Part shown: positions 1-13,043 of the stretch, piece by piece | Numbering within the stretch: position 1 is the stretch's first letter | Layout of the letters: each line of letters starts with the position of its first letter | Assembly (NCBI RefSeq): GCF_964204645.1 | Contig: NC_134026.1 | Span: 2,441,950 to 2,505,949 of the forward strand | Source of the DNA: Tubulanus polymorphus | Lineage: Eukaryota > Animalia > Nemertea | Direction: 5' to 3' | DNA length: 64,000 nt | Translations under genes and position numbers: made by a program | The notes under the pieces: generated by a model | What the model saw: the letters and a program-made list of their open reading frames with translations, nothing else | Databases searched by the model: none | Told to the model about the DNA's origin: nothing

Positions 1-17
1 TAAAAAAGACACATGAC

Positions 18-19
<2 letters not shown>

Positions 20-53
<34 letters not shown>
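20..53. repeat. (TA)n microsatellite
   Basis: Perfect TA dinucleotide run. Confidence 0.95.
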
Positions 54-59
<6 letters not shown>

Positions 60-1091
60 ACAGATTAATGCGGATGCTACCATGACAATGAAACGTATCG
101 AAAAAACGAACCCGGCTCAAATAGCTGAAAGGCATATAATGACATATCGCGCGGATCAATTTTCATAGACTTTTTAATCGTTTCGAAACAGAAATATGAA
201 AGACGAGTAACAGATTTAATTGTAACGAGAATAAAGCTGGATCTAACGTGTATATATATTTTTTCGCCCCTCCTCGACGTTAACGCGTAGTATCGAAATC
301 GATCGCGACTTCGCGTACAAAATTCACGCCCAATACATGTACGATAATATTGAATGTCGGGTGTAAAATTATCAGTATCGAGTTTTAGATTCGTCGATAG
401 TTGAAAAATACGGATGTCACACCTGTTTTTTAATACATTTTTTTGATCGACATATTGTAATTCGATATTTCGTCGTCGTCGTCGTATTATTTGGTCGGCT
501 AAAAGATAGAAACGCCGCTTATGATAATAATATATCTACGCATAATCTATAACAATAGGTGAAACGCGTGTAAAACAGTACATCTGCCGCAATTGATTAT
601 CATCAATACAAAACGAAAATTATGCAAAAATAATTCGAAACCGGTGAAAGAACATATTGTTCTAAGCCGATCGGAACGAAAAGTACCGACGTTTTAAAAT
701 CAAAAATGCCATAAATGTTCGTAAAACCCATATGTATAGAATAATACATATGATTTATTCATACTCAAATTTCATAATTTCGCAATATCTACGAGTGATT
801 TATTTAAATTCAAATTTTAACATACACGCCTCATCAATCATGACTCAAATCCGCAAAACCGACTAAATCCGTTTTCACGAAAATATATCGATTTTTCAAC
901 TACGAAATTCGCTCCTAATCAAAATACAATATGAAAATTATCATGCTTATATTAGGGATGAAAGTAACTGGCCAATCACGAAAGAGATTCCCGTGTTTCA
1001 GGCTGTCAAGCGCCGATGCTAGCAGTACCAATCCTGCCATCACAATATGATATTGTCATTGCTGTCACCAGGGGTGAGAGTTGGATACTGG

Positions 1092-1105
1092 TTACCATGG
1101 TAATG
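1092..1105. promoter_or_regulatory. RFX X-box-like palindrome in CUX1 intron 1
   Basis: GTTACCATGGTAAT, one mismatch from the GTTRCCATGGYAAC palindrome. Motif match only. Confidence 0.3.
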
Positions 1106-2316
1106 CCAACATCTTCTGAACATCTTGGTATATCTATCGACTATATGTTTGCGGAAAGATAACGGCGTACCTGTTGCAAGGGGGCACGAAAAACAACCTT
1201 AATTAATCAGTTATATTAACATAATGTGCTCGGCGATAAACTCATCGATTCTTCTATTAGACTTTACATCCGAAAGTAGCTACATCAAACGTCATTTGAA
1301 TTGAATACGGTAAATATTCATGAAATCTCCGAACTTTACTCGGAGATAACTTAATATGCATGAAAGTAATTCAATCAAATTCGTGCCCAGGCTCTAATCC
1401 AATCTACAAGAAAGTATATTTCAAAATAAAATGTGAAATGAACAGTTTAACCGAACCTGTTCATTTTGAAATACATATATAAAATATTAAACTTTTCAAA
1501 ACTATGTTCAGAATAATGATCTTCTACTTGTTCATAGCTGCAATAATTCTCGAATAATCATCCAGTAAAATCAATTATAAATTCTAATACGTTAAGATTC
1601 AGATTAAGATTCAAAGTAATTTCCTATATAAGATTTAATCTATTCAACCTCTATCCGATGAAATATGATTTGAAGACTCAGTCACACAATCAAAAAAAAA
1701 AATAAGTAAATTCTCTTTCATTAAAACAAAAGTACTGCAAGCAATAACCCAAATTTGAAAAAGCAGTGAGTTACATGAGTAGGCCTACACCGATATAGGA
1801 TTTCATGGATGATTCTTTTAATAATAGAAAACAAAAATGAATAGAAATCATTTGATAATTAAGTTCTCAAGTGAACCTACAAACAAAAACTTGAGAAAAT
1901 AAACCAACCAACCAACCCACTTGCAGGCTAACTCCTATTTAGGTCCCTACACTCAACTGTGTATGATGAACTATAAAAAAAAAACAACTGAAAATCCAAC
2001 ATTTGTCAGAATTGATTAAATCTGACCCATAACATTATGTTCATCTTTGAAAATAGATCGAAATGACTTCGTGTTTTCATTTAGAATCGATATTAAACCA
2101 AAAACTTGTTGGCACGGTTTCAAGATATTGCTTTCCTGATCGATTCGGACTGATTCGATCGGGCACGCAAAATTGCATCTCCATCGCCGAGACAGCCAGT
2201 GATTTTCAACGACAAATTGCACATCACTCAAAATCGGTCAACAAAAATACGAAGTATAAGAGGATCAACCGTACTGATATAAACAATTCTAAGTCGGTGA
2301 TACGGAAAGAACTTGC

Positions 2317-2379
2317 CTGTAAATCTTGTAAATCGAAGTTTTTCCAATACTGACACATCGACTGCACATTCGCAGCCAT
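2317..2379 (-). CDS. CUX1: CUX1/CASP (cut-like homeobox / Golgi protein CASP) first coding exon; remainder lies left of the window
   Basis: 63-nt exon translates MAANVQSMCQYWKNFDLQDLQ, matching the conserved CUX1/CASP N-terminus ([21 protein letters not shown]). Followed by CAG|GCAAGT donor. I could not find exon 2 in 1-2316. Confidence 0.9.
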
Positions 2380-2740
2380 CTTGAACGGGATTACGACAAA
2401 TCGATTGGTCACATGACTAACGTAAATTAATAATATATTCAAAAAATCAAATCGTAATAGTTTTTCGTACGTGTAATTTAAGGAAAGGGATATGATTTTA
2501 ATTTCATCGAATAAACATGAACTTTATTCACAAAAGCGCTTTAGATCGTACAGGTATCAACATTTTAAAAAAACAACGAGATATTTCGAGATAAAGCGAG
2601 GGCGAGTATAAAACAAGGATGCAGATTCGGAATAATGGCTGGGAATCTTTACTCGCTCCCCTGTGCTCATTTCATTCAGAAGGAGGCCATTTAGTTAGGT
2701 TATGCGGACTAGAGTACTCACGTATTTCGAACGGAGTTTA

Positions 2741-5700
2741 CTATGAGGACTGAAACGTAGAGACGTCCTCGATCCATTCTCTCATCTTTATTTCATTATC
2801 AGAGTCCCCATCTGCACAGTTCAGAGTATCAACCGTCAGGCTCCAGACACGTCGGCATTCACCAATACTTCAACCTCCACGAAACTCATAAAAAATAAAA
2901 TAATCAGTTTAGAATCATTGTACCATTCGTGGTTAGGTGACTGAAACGACACAAAAACTAATCAGATTACTGACAATGATCCCCTTTCACGGCCTCCTCT
3001 CCCCATGTTCCTGCCTATAGATATGAATATCGATTTTTTACAACTGAAACTACAATTAACTGATATTTTGATAGATTTGCACATTTTTTCTTGTCAAAAC
3101 TCACAGACAAATCGTTCAAAAACCTGACATAGTTTTCGTGGTTAAATTTGCAGGTTTTTGAAAATACTGCAGTTTCTGCCAGAAACCAGGATAGCGAATT
3201 ACGTTATTTGATTAATTAACAAGCATGAAACAAACGGTATTCACTGCATTTTTTTAACAAATAGCACTCAGGTAGGTATCAATAAACCAAGGCATTTTTC
3301 TCTTTTATCGGAGCTACGAAAGATGCTATAATGTTTAAACTTAAAACAACAAAATCGACGTGACATGATGTATGATTGAGCCCTGTGACTGCAGCTGCAG
3401 CTGCCTGGCATCAGTCGTAAATATTTTGGAAACAGATCTGATGTTCGCTTACGATTACACATATTTTTCGGTTTGCTAGTTTAGTAAATTAATGAAACTT
3501 ACAGCGATTTATGAAATCCTGTCTCGATTCAAAATTCCTATTTCATCAAAATATATGAAATCTCGCCAGTCGAAAGTGAAAGATTTTCACCACGTGATTC
3601 AAATGTAGCCGTCGTTTGTTCATTCCAAGTCATCACATACCAAATAATACAACAAGCAACTTTAAACATTCACTGTTTTGATGTTAAACTCGCTTCGTCA
3701 AATCAAAATTCCTTAAAGGGTAACTGACACTTTTTTTTTATTTCAAAATATGATGTATTCTATTGATCTATACACTCATCTTCAACCGTTCTGTTCCAAA
3801 ATGTTTAGTTAACGCGCAATTTGTGATTTTGTAACAAGATTTTTGACCTCATTTCGTTGTTTACATCGCTTACTGTTCAGCGTCGGCTAAATCAGCAGGT
3901 GCGCGCTGCAACGTCATTACAGGCAGAGCTGAGAAATAGCGTCTATAGAAATGTGTTGAATTTTGAGGAAACTGCGTGTATTTTCTGTTATATCTCAATG
4001 CCAGATTGTTTTACAGCTTTGAAACTGGCCAGGGAGTTAAAAGGATCTATTGTCTATTGCATAAACCTATTTCAAAGAATCAATGAGTAATTTGAATAGG
4101 CTAAATCGATCAAATTGAAGATGCAGATTTCAATCCGCTGCTATGAAGCTATTTTAAAGTACACTATGCTAAGCTCTCAGCACTGTTACTGCTGCTCCAT
4201 AGTTCACCTATAGTTCAGCACCACAAGCATACTACAGTGTCTTATGTAATCACAGATTTCGATCTCGCTAAAGAATAAATAGATTCATATTCGTTTACTA
4301 TTTTTCAAAGTCATTTAAGACTAAGTAGGCCTAGTTTTAAAACTAACACTTCAAAACTCTACAAAAACTTTCATAAATTTCTACAGCTTTACAACAAATA
4401 TTCAAAGAATAATGTTTTTCGATTAAAGTTTCACGCTGCAGAAGAGTTTTGATAGATTACATCACAAATCTTTCACAAATGTTATTTCTAAGTTTTAAAA
4501 TAGGATGGATGAGGAAATATTCTTATTTTGTGACCAAAGCCGCTACCAATACGAGGTATATTTCAAGAAAAGAATTGAAATTATTCTTGCGGCTAATTCT
4601 GTTTAAGTTTCATCATCAGTTCATTAGTCAAAATATTCTTAGATCTAACCATGATCTTACTTACTATCACTAAATGATATTACAAAACGATGATTTAAAC
4701 ATCCGTGTTCCCTGCTGTCTACTAGAAAATGCCATGGATTGCTATTCAAATCCTATTTTTGCGCTTAGTTGGAACGGATATGGTCCATTCAACAGTTAAG
4801 TATGATCATTAATATGTAGACTTTCAAAATCAAGAGGCATTTTGTCTCAATTCGAATGCCAAATAGGTATAAAATTAAGTTGAATTGCTCTTGTAGCTTA
4901 TTTCCTATTCATTTCTATAGACATCATTTCCGAGCCGTTACTTTAGTGACGTAGTTCTATTAATAGACACAGTACCACGCGTTCAGCAGAAGCAATGTAT
5001 ACACTGAACAGGTGCGCGAACATCAAAATCATCAATTCTGACTAGATTGAAAAGATTTGTCCAATTATGAAATCACCTAGCCTTATTGTATACTATAACA
5101 TATCGTTTAGTGTAAAAAGTAGAAAATCTTTTAAAAAGTGTCAGTTACCCTTTAACCAAACAATTTCATGCATGAAGTTATACCTAATATATTATCGCAC
5201 ATATTTGCTAGTGGGCTTTATTTTAAGGAATTGGTTAAAATCGACTCATGTACTACATTAAGATAACAAGAAATGCAAATTGTTATTAAGTGTTTTCACT
5301 AATTGAATCCGGCTTCTAACAATAATATGATCCACTGATGTCTGTGAAGAGTATCCCTGGAACCTATATCAAAAACCCTTTTACAAGCAGCTACGTATGC
5401 TGTCTCTCTCACCGGCTGTTTCATTTTTTTCGTATCTTCGCGAACTGAGCTTTTTGAAGCATGATATGTGTTTTATTTTAAGAGGCGGGGGTCCAAAGCA
5501 CATCCTCGGACACGCAGTGAACTTGTCCCTTCGTATAGAGTGACCTCATCAATCACAATATACTCAGACCCCTGTATGTTTTATCTTTGAGAGACGGGGG
5601 CCCAGCGCACATCCTCAGACATGCTTCGTACAAAGTGATCAATCACAACGTACTCAGACCCCTCAGTTTTTTTTTGGGAGTCCACATCTAGCGGATCATA

Positions 5701-8700
5701 CCCTGAAACACTTGTCGTGATGAGCGACATTGTTCGCTTGCTTTCTTACTTACCTGTTTCTTGTCTTATTTTTTATTTTTATTTTCATTTTCTTCCCGCC
5801 GTTTGAGAGACTGTTGCTCGGAAAAGGATGGGCGTGCATGAAATACCCAATTGGCACAAACTGAGAGATTTACTCAACACGATCCAATACAAATAAATCA
5901 AAACAACAAGAGTGAATCATAGATCAATAACGGGTTCGATCCCCGAACTAGTGTTTGCATATGTAGATTGATACCGGGTTCAATCCCCGAACTACTGTAC
6001 AACTCAACTATACGAAAGTCTACCATCAAAACTTGTGAATAAAAGCTGCTTCGGAACCAAAGATTACTTATCTCCAAAATAATACAGGATTGAAAAACTA
6101 CTTGGAGATTATTTACATTATCAAAATGATGTTTTTTTTATTCGGTCTTCTGTGTAGATATACATGGATGAACTATGGCTTCGCAGTTCAAGGTTTTGCG
6201 TCGGATTATATTCAAAATACAAGCAGATAATCGCAGCAGTTCGTTCATTCAAACGCAAACCGATTCAATCATAAACATTTCAAACACAGCGCGCGAAAAT
6301 ATCCTCGGGTTAGTTGGAAATAAACCTGATTCGAAATATACGTTGTGTATTGTTTTTCCGTAATCTCGAGTCAAAAGTGAGATTCATAACTGAATTCATT
6401 GAATTCATTAAGAGATTCAAATGTAGCTTTAATTCAACATTTCAATCGATGCATAAAATACCAATATGAAAAACATTTCGAAAAATCTTCGTATGTTCCA
6501 GATTTAATGAAAATTTCAGATTCGGTACTCATCTCTCTATATACATAGTGATCACAATAGCGAACTTTAGCATTGCTACCTCGAACGTCACGCATCGCTA
6601 TCATTCCAAACAAGAGCGAAGCGGGTCATTCCGTTATCAGCTTTTAAGAATATTTCAACGGTTCGCTGATTTTAGGGTCGAATAGATTTCAAAATATCGA
6701 CCAGATTTCGTTTTAACATGGAGAAATACAAGAAATATCGCGTTCATCAAGGGTCGTTGAATCTGTTCTATATTCAAACATTAAATCATATATTTCTAAA
6801 GCTTTGATTAAAGAGAAAAACGATACGACTACTATTTGTCAAAACAACTGTCACCGCCTTTGTTTCATCAATTGTTAATGTGTGAAATAATGGACCTCGC
6901 TGTTCAGGCGTCTGTTCGTTTTCGATAGAAAGTGCATTATTTACCAGAAACTGGCTGCAGGTTTAACAACGAAAACCCATAAGATTTGAAAAAAGACTCG
7001 ACTGTCAGTTTCGCAGGAAATTTGGAAATCTACTAGAATGTACATTCCAGTAACCGGCAGACTGTAGTTTAGTTTCAAAATCGAATACTTACAAAAACTT
7101 AAGAAGACAAGCAGGATGATTGAGAGATAGGGATGAAAGAGGAGGGAAACAGAACTGAAGTTTTATATTCATAATGATATTTACGCACATCACAGGCTGG
7201 AAGAAGTTGGAGAAAGGGGTTTAAGAAAGGAAGGGCTTAGTCAATCACATGACGGTATTAAGCCCAGGGCTTCGGAGAAAAATGGTAAAATGCATTAGTG
7301 CATGTTCGTCTCTGACCCACAGCCGAGCTGAACTGAGCTGAGCTGAGCTGAAATCCACTAGTTTATACTTTTTAGTTCATATTATACGAATTATTAAACG
7401 AAATCCTCACTTACGTTATCTTGCGGTAACTTTCTGTATCGTTGGACACGATAAAACACTGTGTTTTTTTAAACAAATAGCACTCAGGTAGGTATTAATA
7501 AACCAAGGTATTTTTCTCTTTTATCGGAGCTACGAAAGATGCTATAATGTTTTAACTTATTACAACAAAATCGACGTGACATGATGTATGATTCAATGAT
7601 GAGCCCTGTGACTGCAGCTGCAGTTGCCTGGCATCAGCCGTAAATATTTTGGAAACAGATCTGATGTTCGCTTACGATTACACATAGTTTTCGGTTTGCT
7701 AGTTTAGTAAATTAATAAACTCACAGCGATTTATGAAATCCTGTCTCGATTCAAAATTCCTATTTCATCAAAAAATATATGAAATCTCGCCAGTCGAAAG
7801 TGAAAGATTTTCACCACGTGATTCAAATGTAGCCGTCGTTTGTTCATTCCAAGTCATCACATACGATACCGAATGATACAACCAGCAACTTTAAATATTC
7901 ACTGTTTTGATGTTAAACTCGCTTCGTCAAATCAAAATTCCTTAACCAAACAATTTCATGCCTGAAGTTATACCTAATATATTATCGCACATATTTGCTA
8001 GTGGGCTTTATTTTAAGGAATTGGTTAAAATCGACTCATGTACTACATTAAGATAACAAGAAATGCTATTTTTTATTAAGTGTTTTCACTAATTGAATTC
8101 TGCTTCTAATAATAATATGATCCACTGATGTCTGTGAAGAGTATCTCTGGAACCTATATCAAAAACCCTTTTACAAGCAGCTACGTATGCTGTCTCTCTC
8201 ACCGGCCGTTTCATTTTTTTTCATATCTTTGCGAACTGAGCTTTTTGAAGCTTGAAATGTTTTTTTTTTAAGAGGCGGGGGTCCAAAGCACATCCTCGGA
8301 CACGCAGTGAACTTGTCCCTTCGTATAGAGTGACCTCATCAATCACAATATACTCAGACCCCTGTATGTTTTATCTTTGAGAGACGGGGGCCCAGCGCAC
8401 ATCCTCAGACATGCTTCGTACAAAGTGATCAATCACAACGTACTCAGACCCCTCAGTTTTTTTTTGGGAGTCCACATCTAGCGGATCATACCCTGAAACA
8501 CTTGTCGTGATGAGCGACATCGTTCGCTTGCTTTCTTACTTACCTGTTTTTTGTCTTATTTTTTATTTTTTTATATCATTTTCTTCCCGCCGTTTGAGAG
8601 ACTGTTGCTCGGAAAAGGATGGGCGTGCATGAAATACCCAATTGGCACAAACTGAGAGGTTTACTCAACACGATGCAATAAAAATAAATCAAAACAACAT

Positions 8701-11700
8701 TGAATCATAGATCAATAACGGGTTCGATCCCCGAACTAGTGTTTGCATATGTAGATTGATACCGGGGTTCAAACCCCGAACTACTGTACAACTCAACTAT
8801 ACGAAAGTCTACCATCAAAACTTGTGAATAAAAGCTGCTTCGGATCCAAAGATTACTTATCTCCAAAATAATACAGGATTGAAAAACTACTTGGAGATTA
8901 TTTACATTATCGAAATGATGTTTTTTTATTCGGTCTTCTGTGTAGATATACATGGATGAACTATGGCTTCGCAGTTCAAGGTTTTGCGTCGGATTATATT
9001 CAAAATACGAGCAGATAATCGCAGCAGTTCGTTCATTCAAACGCAAACCGATTCAATCATAAACATTTCAAACACAGCGCGCGAAAATATCCTCGGGTTA
9101 GTTGGAAATAAACCTGATTCGAAATATACGCTGTGTATTGTTTTTCCGAATCTCGAGTCAAAAGTGAGATTCATAACTGAATTCATTGAATTCATTAAGA
9201 GATTCAAATGTAGCTTTAATTCAACATTTCAATCGATGCATAAAATACCAATATGAAAAACATTTCGAAAAATCTTCGTATGTTCCAGATTTAATGAAAA
9301 TTTCAGATTCGGTACTCATCTCTCTATATATATAGTGATCACAGTAGCGAACTTTAGCATTGCTACCTCGAACGTCACGCATCGCTATCATTCCAAACAA
9401 GAGCGAAGCGGGTCATTCCGTTATCAGCTTTTAAGAATATTTCAACGGTTCGCTGATTTTAGGGTCGAATAGATTTCAAAATATCGACCAGATTTCGTTT
9501 TAACATGGAGAAATACAAGAAATATCGCGTTCATCAAGGGACGTTGAATCTGTTCTATATTCAAACATTAAATCATAAATATTTCTAAAGCTTTGATTAA
9601 AGAGAAAAACGATACGACTACTATTTGTCAAAACTGTCACCGCCTTTGTTTCATCAATTGTTAATGTGTGAAATAATGGACCTCGCTGTTCAGGCGTCTG
9701 TTCGTTTTCGATAGAAAGTGCATTATTTACCAGAAACTGGCTGCAGGTTTAACAACGAAAACCCATAACATTTGAAAAAAGACTCGACTGTCAGTTTCGC
9801 AGGAAATTTGGAAATTTACTAGAATGTACATTCCAGTAACCGGCAGACTGTAGTTTAATTTCAAAATCGAATACTTACAAAAACTTTAGAAGACAAGCAG
9901 GATGATTGAGAGATAGGGATGAAAGAGGAGGGGAAACAGAACTGAAGTTTTATATTCATAATGATATTTACGCACATCACAGGCTGGAAGAAGTTGGAGA
10001 AAGGGGTTTAAGAAAGGAAGGGCTTAGTCAATCACATGACGGTATTAAGCACAGGGCTTCGGTGAAAAATGGTAAAATGCATTAGTGCATGTTCGTCTTT
10101 GACCCACAGCTGAGCTGAACTGAGCTGAGCTGAGCTGAAATCCACTAGTTTATACCTTTTTGGTCAATATTATACGAATTATAAAACGAAATCCTCACTT
10201 ACGTTATCTTGCGGTAACTTTCTGTATCGTTGGACACGATAAAACACTGTGTTTTTTTAAACAAATAGCACTCAGGTAGGTATTAATAAACCAAGGTATT
10301 TTTCTCTTTTATCGGAGCTACGAAAGATGCTATAATGTTTTAACTTATAACAACAAAATCGACGTGACATGATGTATGATTCAATGATGAGCCCTGTGAC
10401 TGCAGCTGCAGTTGCCTGGCATCAGCCGTAAATATTTTGGAAACAGATCTGATGTTCGCTTACGATTACACATAGTTTTCGGTTTGCTAGTTTAGTAAAT
10501 TAATGAAACTCACAGCGATTTATGAAATCCTGTCTCGATTCAAAATTCCTATTTCATCAAAAAATATATGAAATCTCGCCAGTCGAAAGTGAAAGATTTT
10601 CACCACGTGATTCAAATGTAGCCGTCGTTTGTTCATTCCAAGTCATCACATACGATACCGAATGATACAACCAGCAACTTTAAATATTCACTGTTTTGAT
10701 GTTAAACTCGCTTCGTCAAATCAAAATTCCTTAACCAAACAATTTCATGCATGAAGTTATACCTAATATATTATCGCACATATTTGCTAGTGGGCTTTAT
10801 TTTAAGGAATTGGTTAAAATCGACTCATGTACTACATTAAGATAACAAGAAATGCTATTTTTTATCAAGTGTTTTCACTAATTGAATTCGGCTTCTAATA
10901 ATAATATGATCCACTGATGTCTGTGAAGAGTATCTCTGGAACCTAAATCAAAAACCCTTTTACAAGCAGCTACGTATGCTGTCTCTCTCACCGGCCGTTT
11001 CATTTTTTTCGTATCTTCGCGAACTGAGCTTTTTGAAGCTTGAAATGTGTTTTATTTAAGAGGCGGGGGTCCAAAGCACATCCTCGGACACGCAGTGAAC
11101 TTGTCCCTTTGTATAGAGTGACCTCATCAATCACAATATACTCAAACCCCTGTATGTTTTATCTTTGAGAGACGGGGGCCCAGCGCACATCCTCAGACAT
11201 GCTTCGTACAAAGTGATCAATCACAACGTACTCAGACCCCTCAGTTTTTTTTAGGGAGTCCACATCTAGCGGATCATACCCTGAAACACTTGTCGTGATG
11301 AGCGACATTGTTCGCTTGCTTTCTTACTTACCTGTTTTTTGTCTTATTTTTTATTTCTATTTTCATTTTCTTCCCGCCGTTTGAGAGACTGTTGCTCGGA
11401 AAAGGGTGGGCGTGCATGAAGTACCCAATTGGCACAAACTGAGAGATTTACTCAACACGATTCAATAAAAATAAATCAAAACAACAGTGAATCATAGATC
11501 AATAACGGGTTCGATCCCCGATCTAGTGTTTGCATATGTAGATTGATACCGGGTTCAATCCCCGAACTACTGTACAACTCAACTATACGAAAGTCTACCA
11601 TCAAAACTTGTGAATAAAAGCTGCTTCGGATCCAAAGATTACTTATCTCCAAAATAATACAGGATTGAAAAACTACATTATCAAAATGATGTTTTTTTAT

Positions 11701-13043
11701 TCGGTCTTCTGTGTAGATATACATGGATGAACTATGGCTACGCAGTTCAAGGTTTTGCGTCGGATTATATTCAAAATACAAGCAGATAATCGCAGCAGTT
11801 CGTTCATTCAAACGCAAACCGATTCAATCATAAACATTTCAAACACAGCGCGCGAAAATATCCTCGGGTTAGTTGGAAATAAACCTGATTCGAAATATAC
11901 GTTGTGTATTGTTTTTCCGTAATCTCGAGTCAAAAGTGAGATTCATAACTGAATTCATTGAATTCATTAAGAGATTCAAATGTAGCTTTAATTCAACATT
12001 TCAATCGATGCATAAAATACCAATATGAAAAACATTTCGAAAAATCTTCGTATGTTCCAGATTTAATGAAAATTTCAGATTCGGTACTCATCTCTCTATA
12101 TATATAGTGATCGCAGTAGCGAACTTTAGCATTGCTACCTCGAACGTCACGCATCGCTATCATTCCAAACAAGAGCGAAGCGGGTCATTCCGTTATCAGC
12201 TTTTAAGAATATTTCAACGGTTCGCTGATTTTAGGGTCGAATAGATTTCAAAATATCGACCAGATTTCGTTTTAACATGGAGAAATACAAGAAATATCGC
12301 GTTCATCAAGGGACGTTGAATCTGTTCTATATTCAAACATTAAATCATAAATATTTCTAAAGCTTTGATTAAAGAGAAAAACGATACGACTACTATTTGT
12401 CAAAACTGTCACCGCCTTTGTTTCATCAATTGTTAATGTGTGAAATAATGGACCTCGCTGTTCAGGCGTCTGTTCGTTTTCGATAGAAAGTGCATTATTT
12501 ACCAGAAACTGGCTGCAGGTTTAACAACGAAAACCCATAACATTTGAAAAAAGACTCGACTGTCAGTTTCGCAGGAAATTTGGAAATCTACTAGAATGTA
12601 CATTCCAGTAACCGGCAGACTGTAGTTTAGTTTCAAAATCGAATACTTACAAAAACTTTAGAAGACAAGCAGGATGATTGAGAGATAGGGATGAAAGGAG
12701 AGGGAAACAGAACTGAAGTTTTATATTCATAATGATATCTACGCACATCACAGGCTGGAAGAAGTTGGAGAAAGGGGTTTAAGAAAGGAAGGGCTTAGTC
12801 AATCACATGACGGTATAAAGCACAGGGCTTCGGAGAAAAATGGTAAAATGCATTAGTGCATGTTCGTCTTTGACCCACAGCTGAGCTGAACTGAGCTGAA
12901 TTCCACTAGTTTATACCTTTTTGGTTCATATTATACGAATTATAAAACGAAATCCTCACTTACGTTATCTTGCGGTAACTTTCTGTATCGTCGGACACGA
13001 CATAACAACAGCAAGAAGTTTGCAATTTAGATTTAAAATTCAT
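2741..13043 (-). CDS. Candidate small spliced gene, ~61-aa product (exons 13043-12964, one 35-nt exon at 10548-10514 / 7759-7725 / 3537-3503, and 2811-2741)
   Basis: ATG-led exon with GTAAGT donor (phase 2), AG/GTRAGT 35-nt exon (phase 2->1) and CAG-led terminal coding exon (phase 1) join in frame: MNFKSKLQTSCCCYVVSDDTESYRKITNFESRQDFINRYGDSDNEIKMREWIEDVSTFQSS*. AATAAA on - strand at 2523-2528. No recognisable homolog. Confidence 0.4.
3243..13000. repeat. Tandem triplication of a ~2.78-kb unit (units ~3243-7450, ~7451-10239, ~10240-13000)
   Basis: Anchor ACAAATAGCACTCAGGTAGG recurs at ~3257, 7473 and 10261; units are collinear and highly similar, each with private SNPs/indels. Confidence 0.97.
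3717..5151. mobile_element. Non-autonomous DNA transposon, Kolobok-type (1435 bp)
   Basis: 19-bp perfect TIRs AGGGTAACTGACACTTTTT...AAAAAGTGTCAGTTACCCT; TTAA TSD at 3713-3716 and 5152-5155; empty site (CCTTAACCAAAC) in the other two units. TTAA TSD with purine-purine (AG) ends fits Kolobok rather than piggyBac (CC ends). No transposase ORF. Confidence 0.9.

Noticed and set aside
7321-7351. GAGCT pentamer run resembling Ig switch repeats
   Set aside because: Only ~30 bp of simple repeat, variable between units.
10384-10452. Box C/D snoRNA-like ATGATGA...CTGA in repeat units 2 and 3
   Set aside because: C box absent in unit 1, no clear terminal stem, no rRNA guide I can recognise, and opposite strand to the apparent host transcript. 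snoscan/Infernal would settle it.
6175-11922. Repeated ORFs MASQFKVLRR... and MRLNERTAA... in the ORF track
   Set aside because: They recur only because of the triplication; lengths differ through frameshifts and there is no motif.
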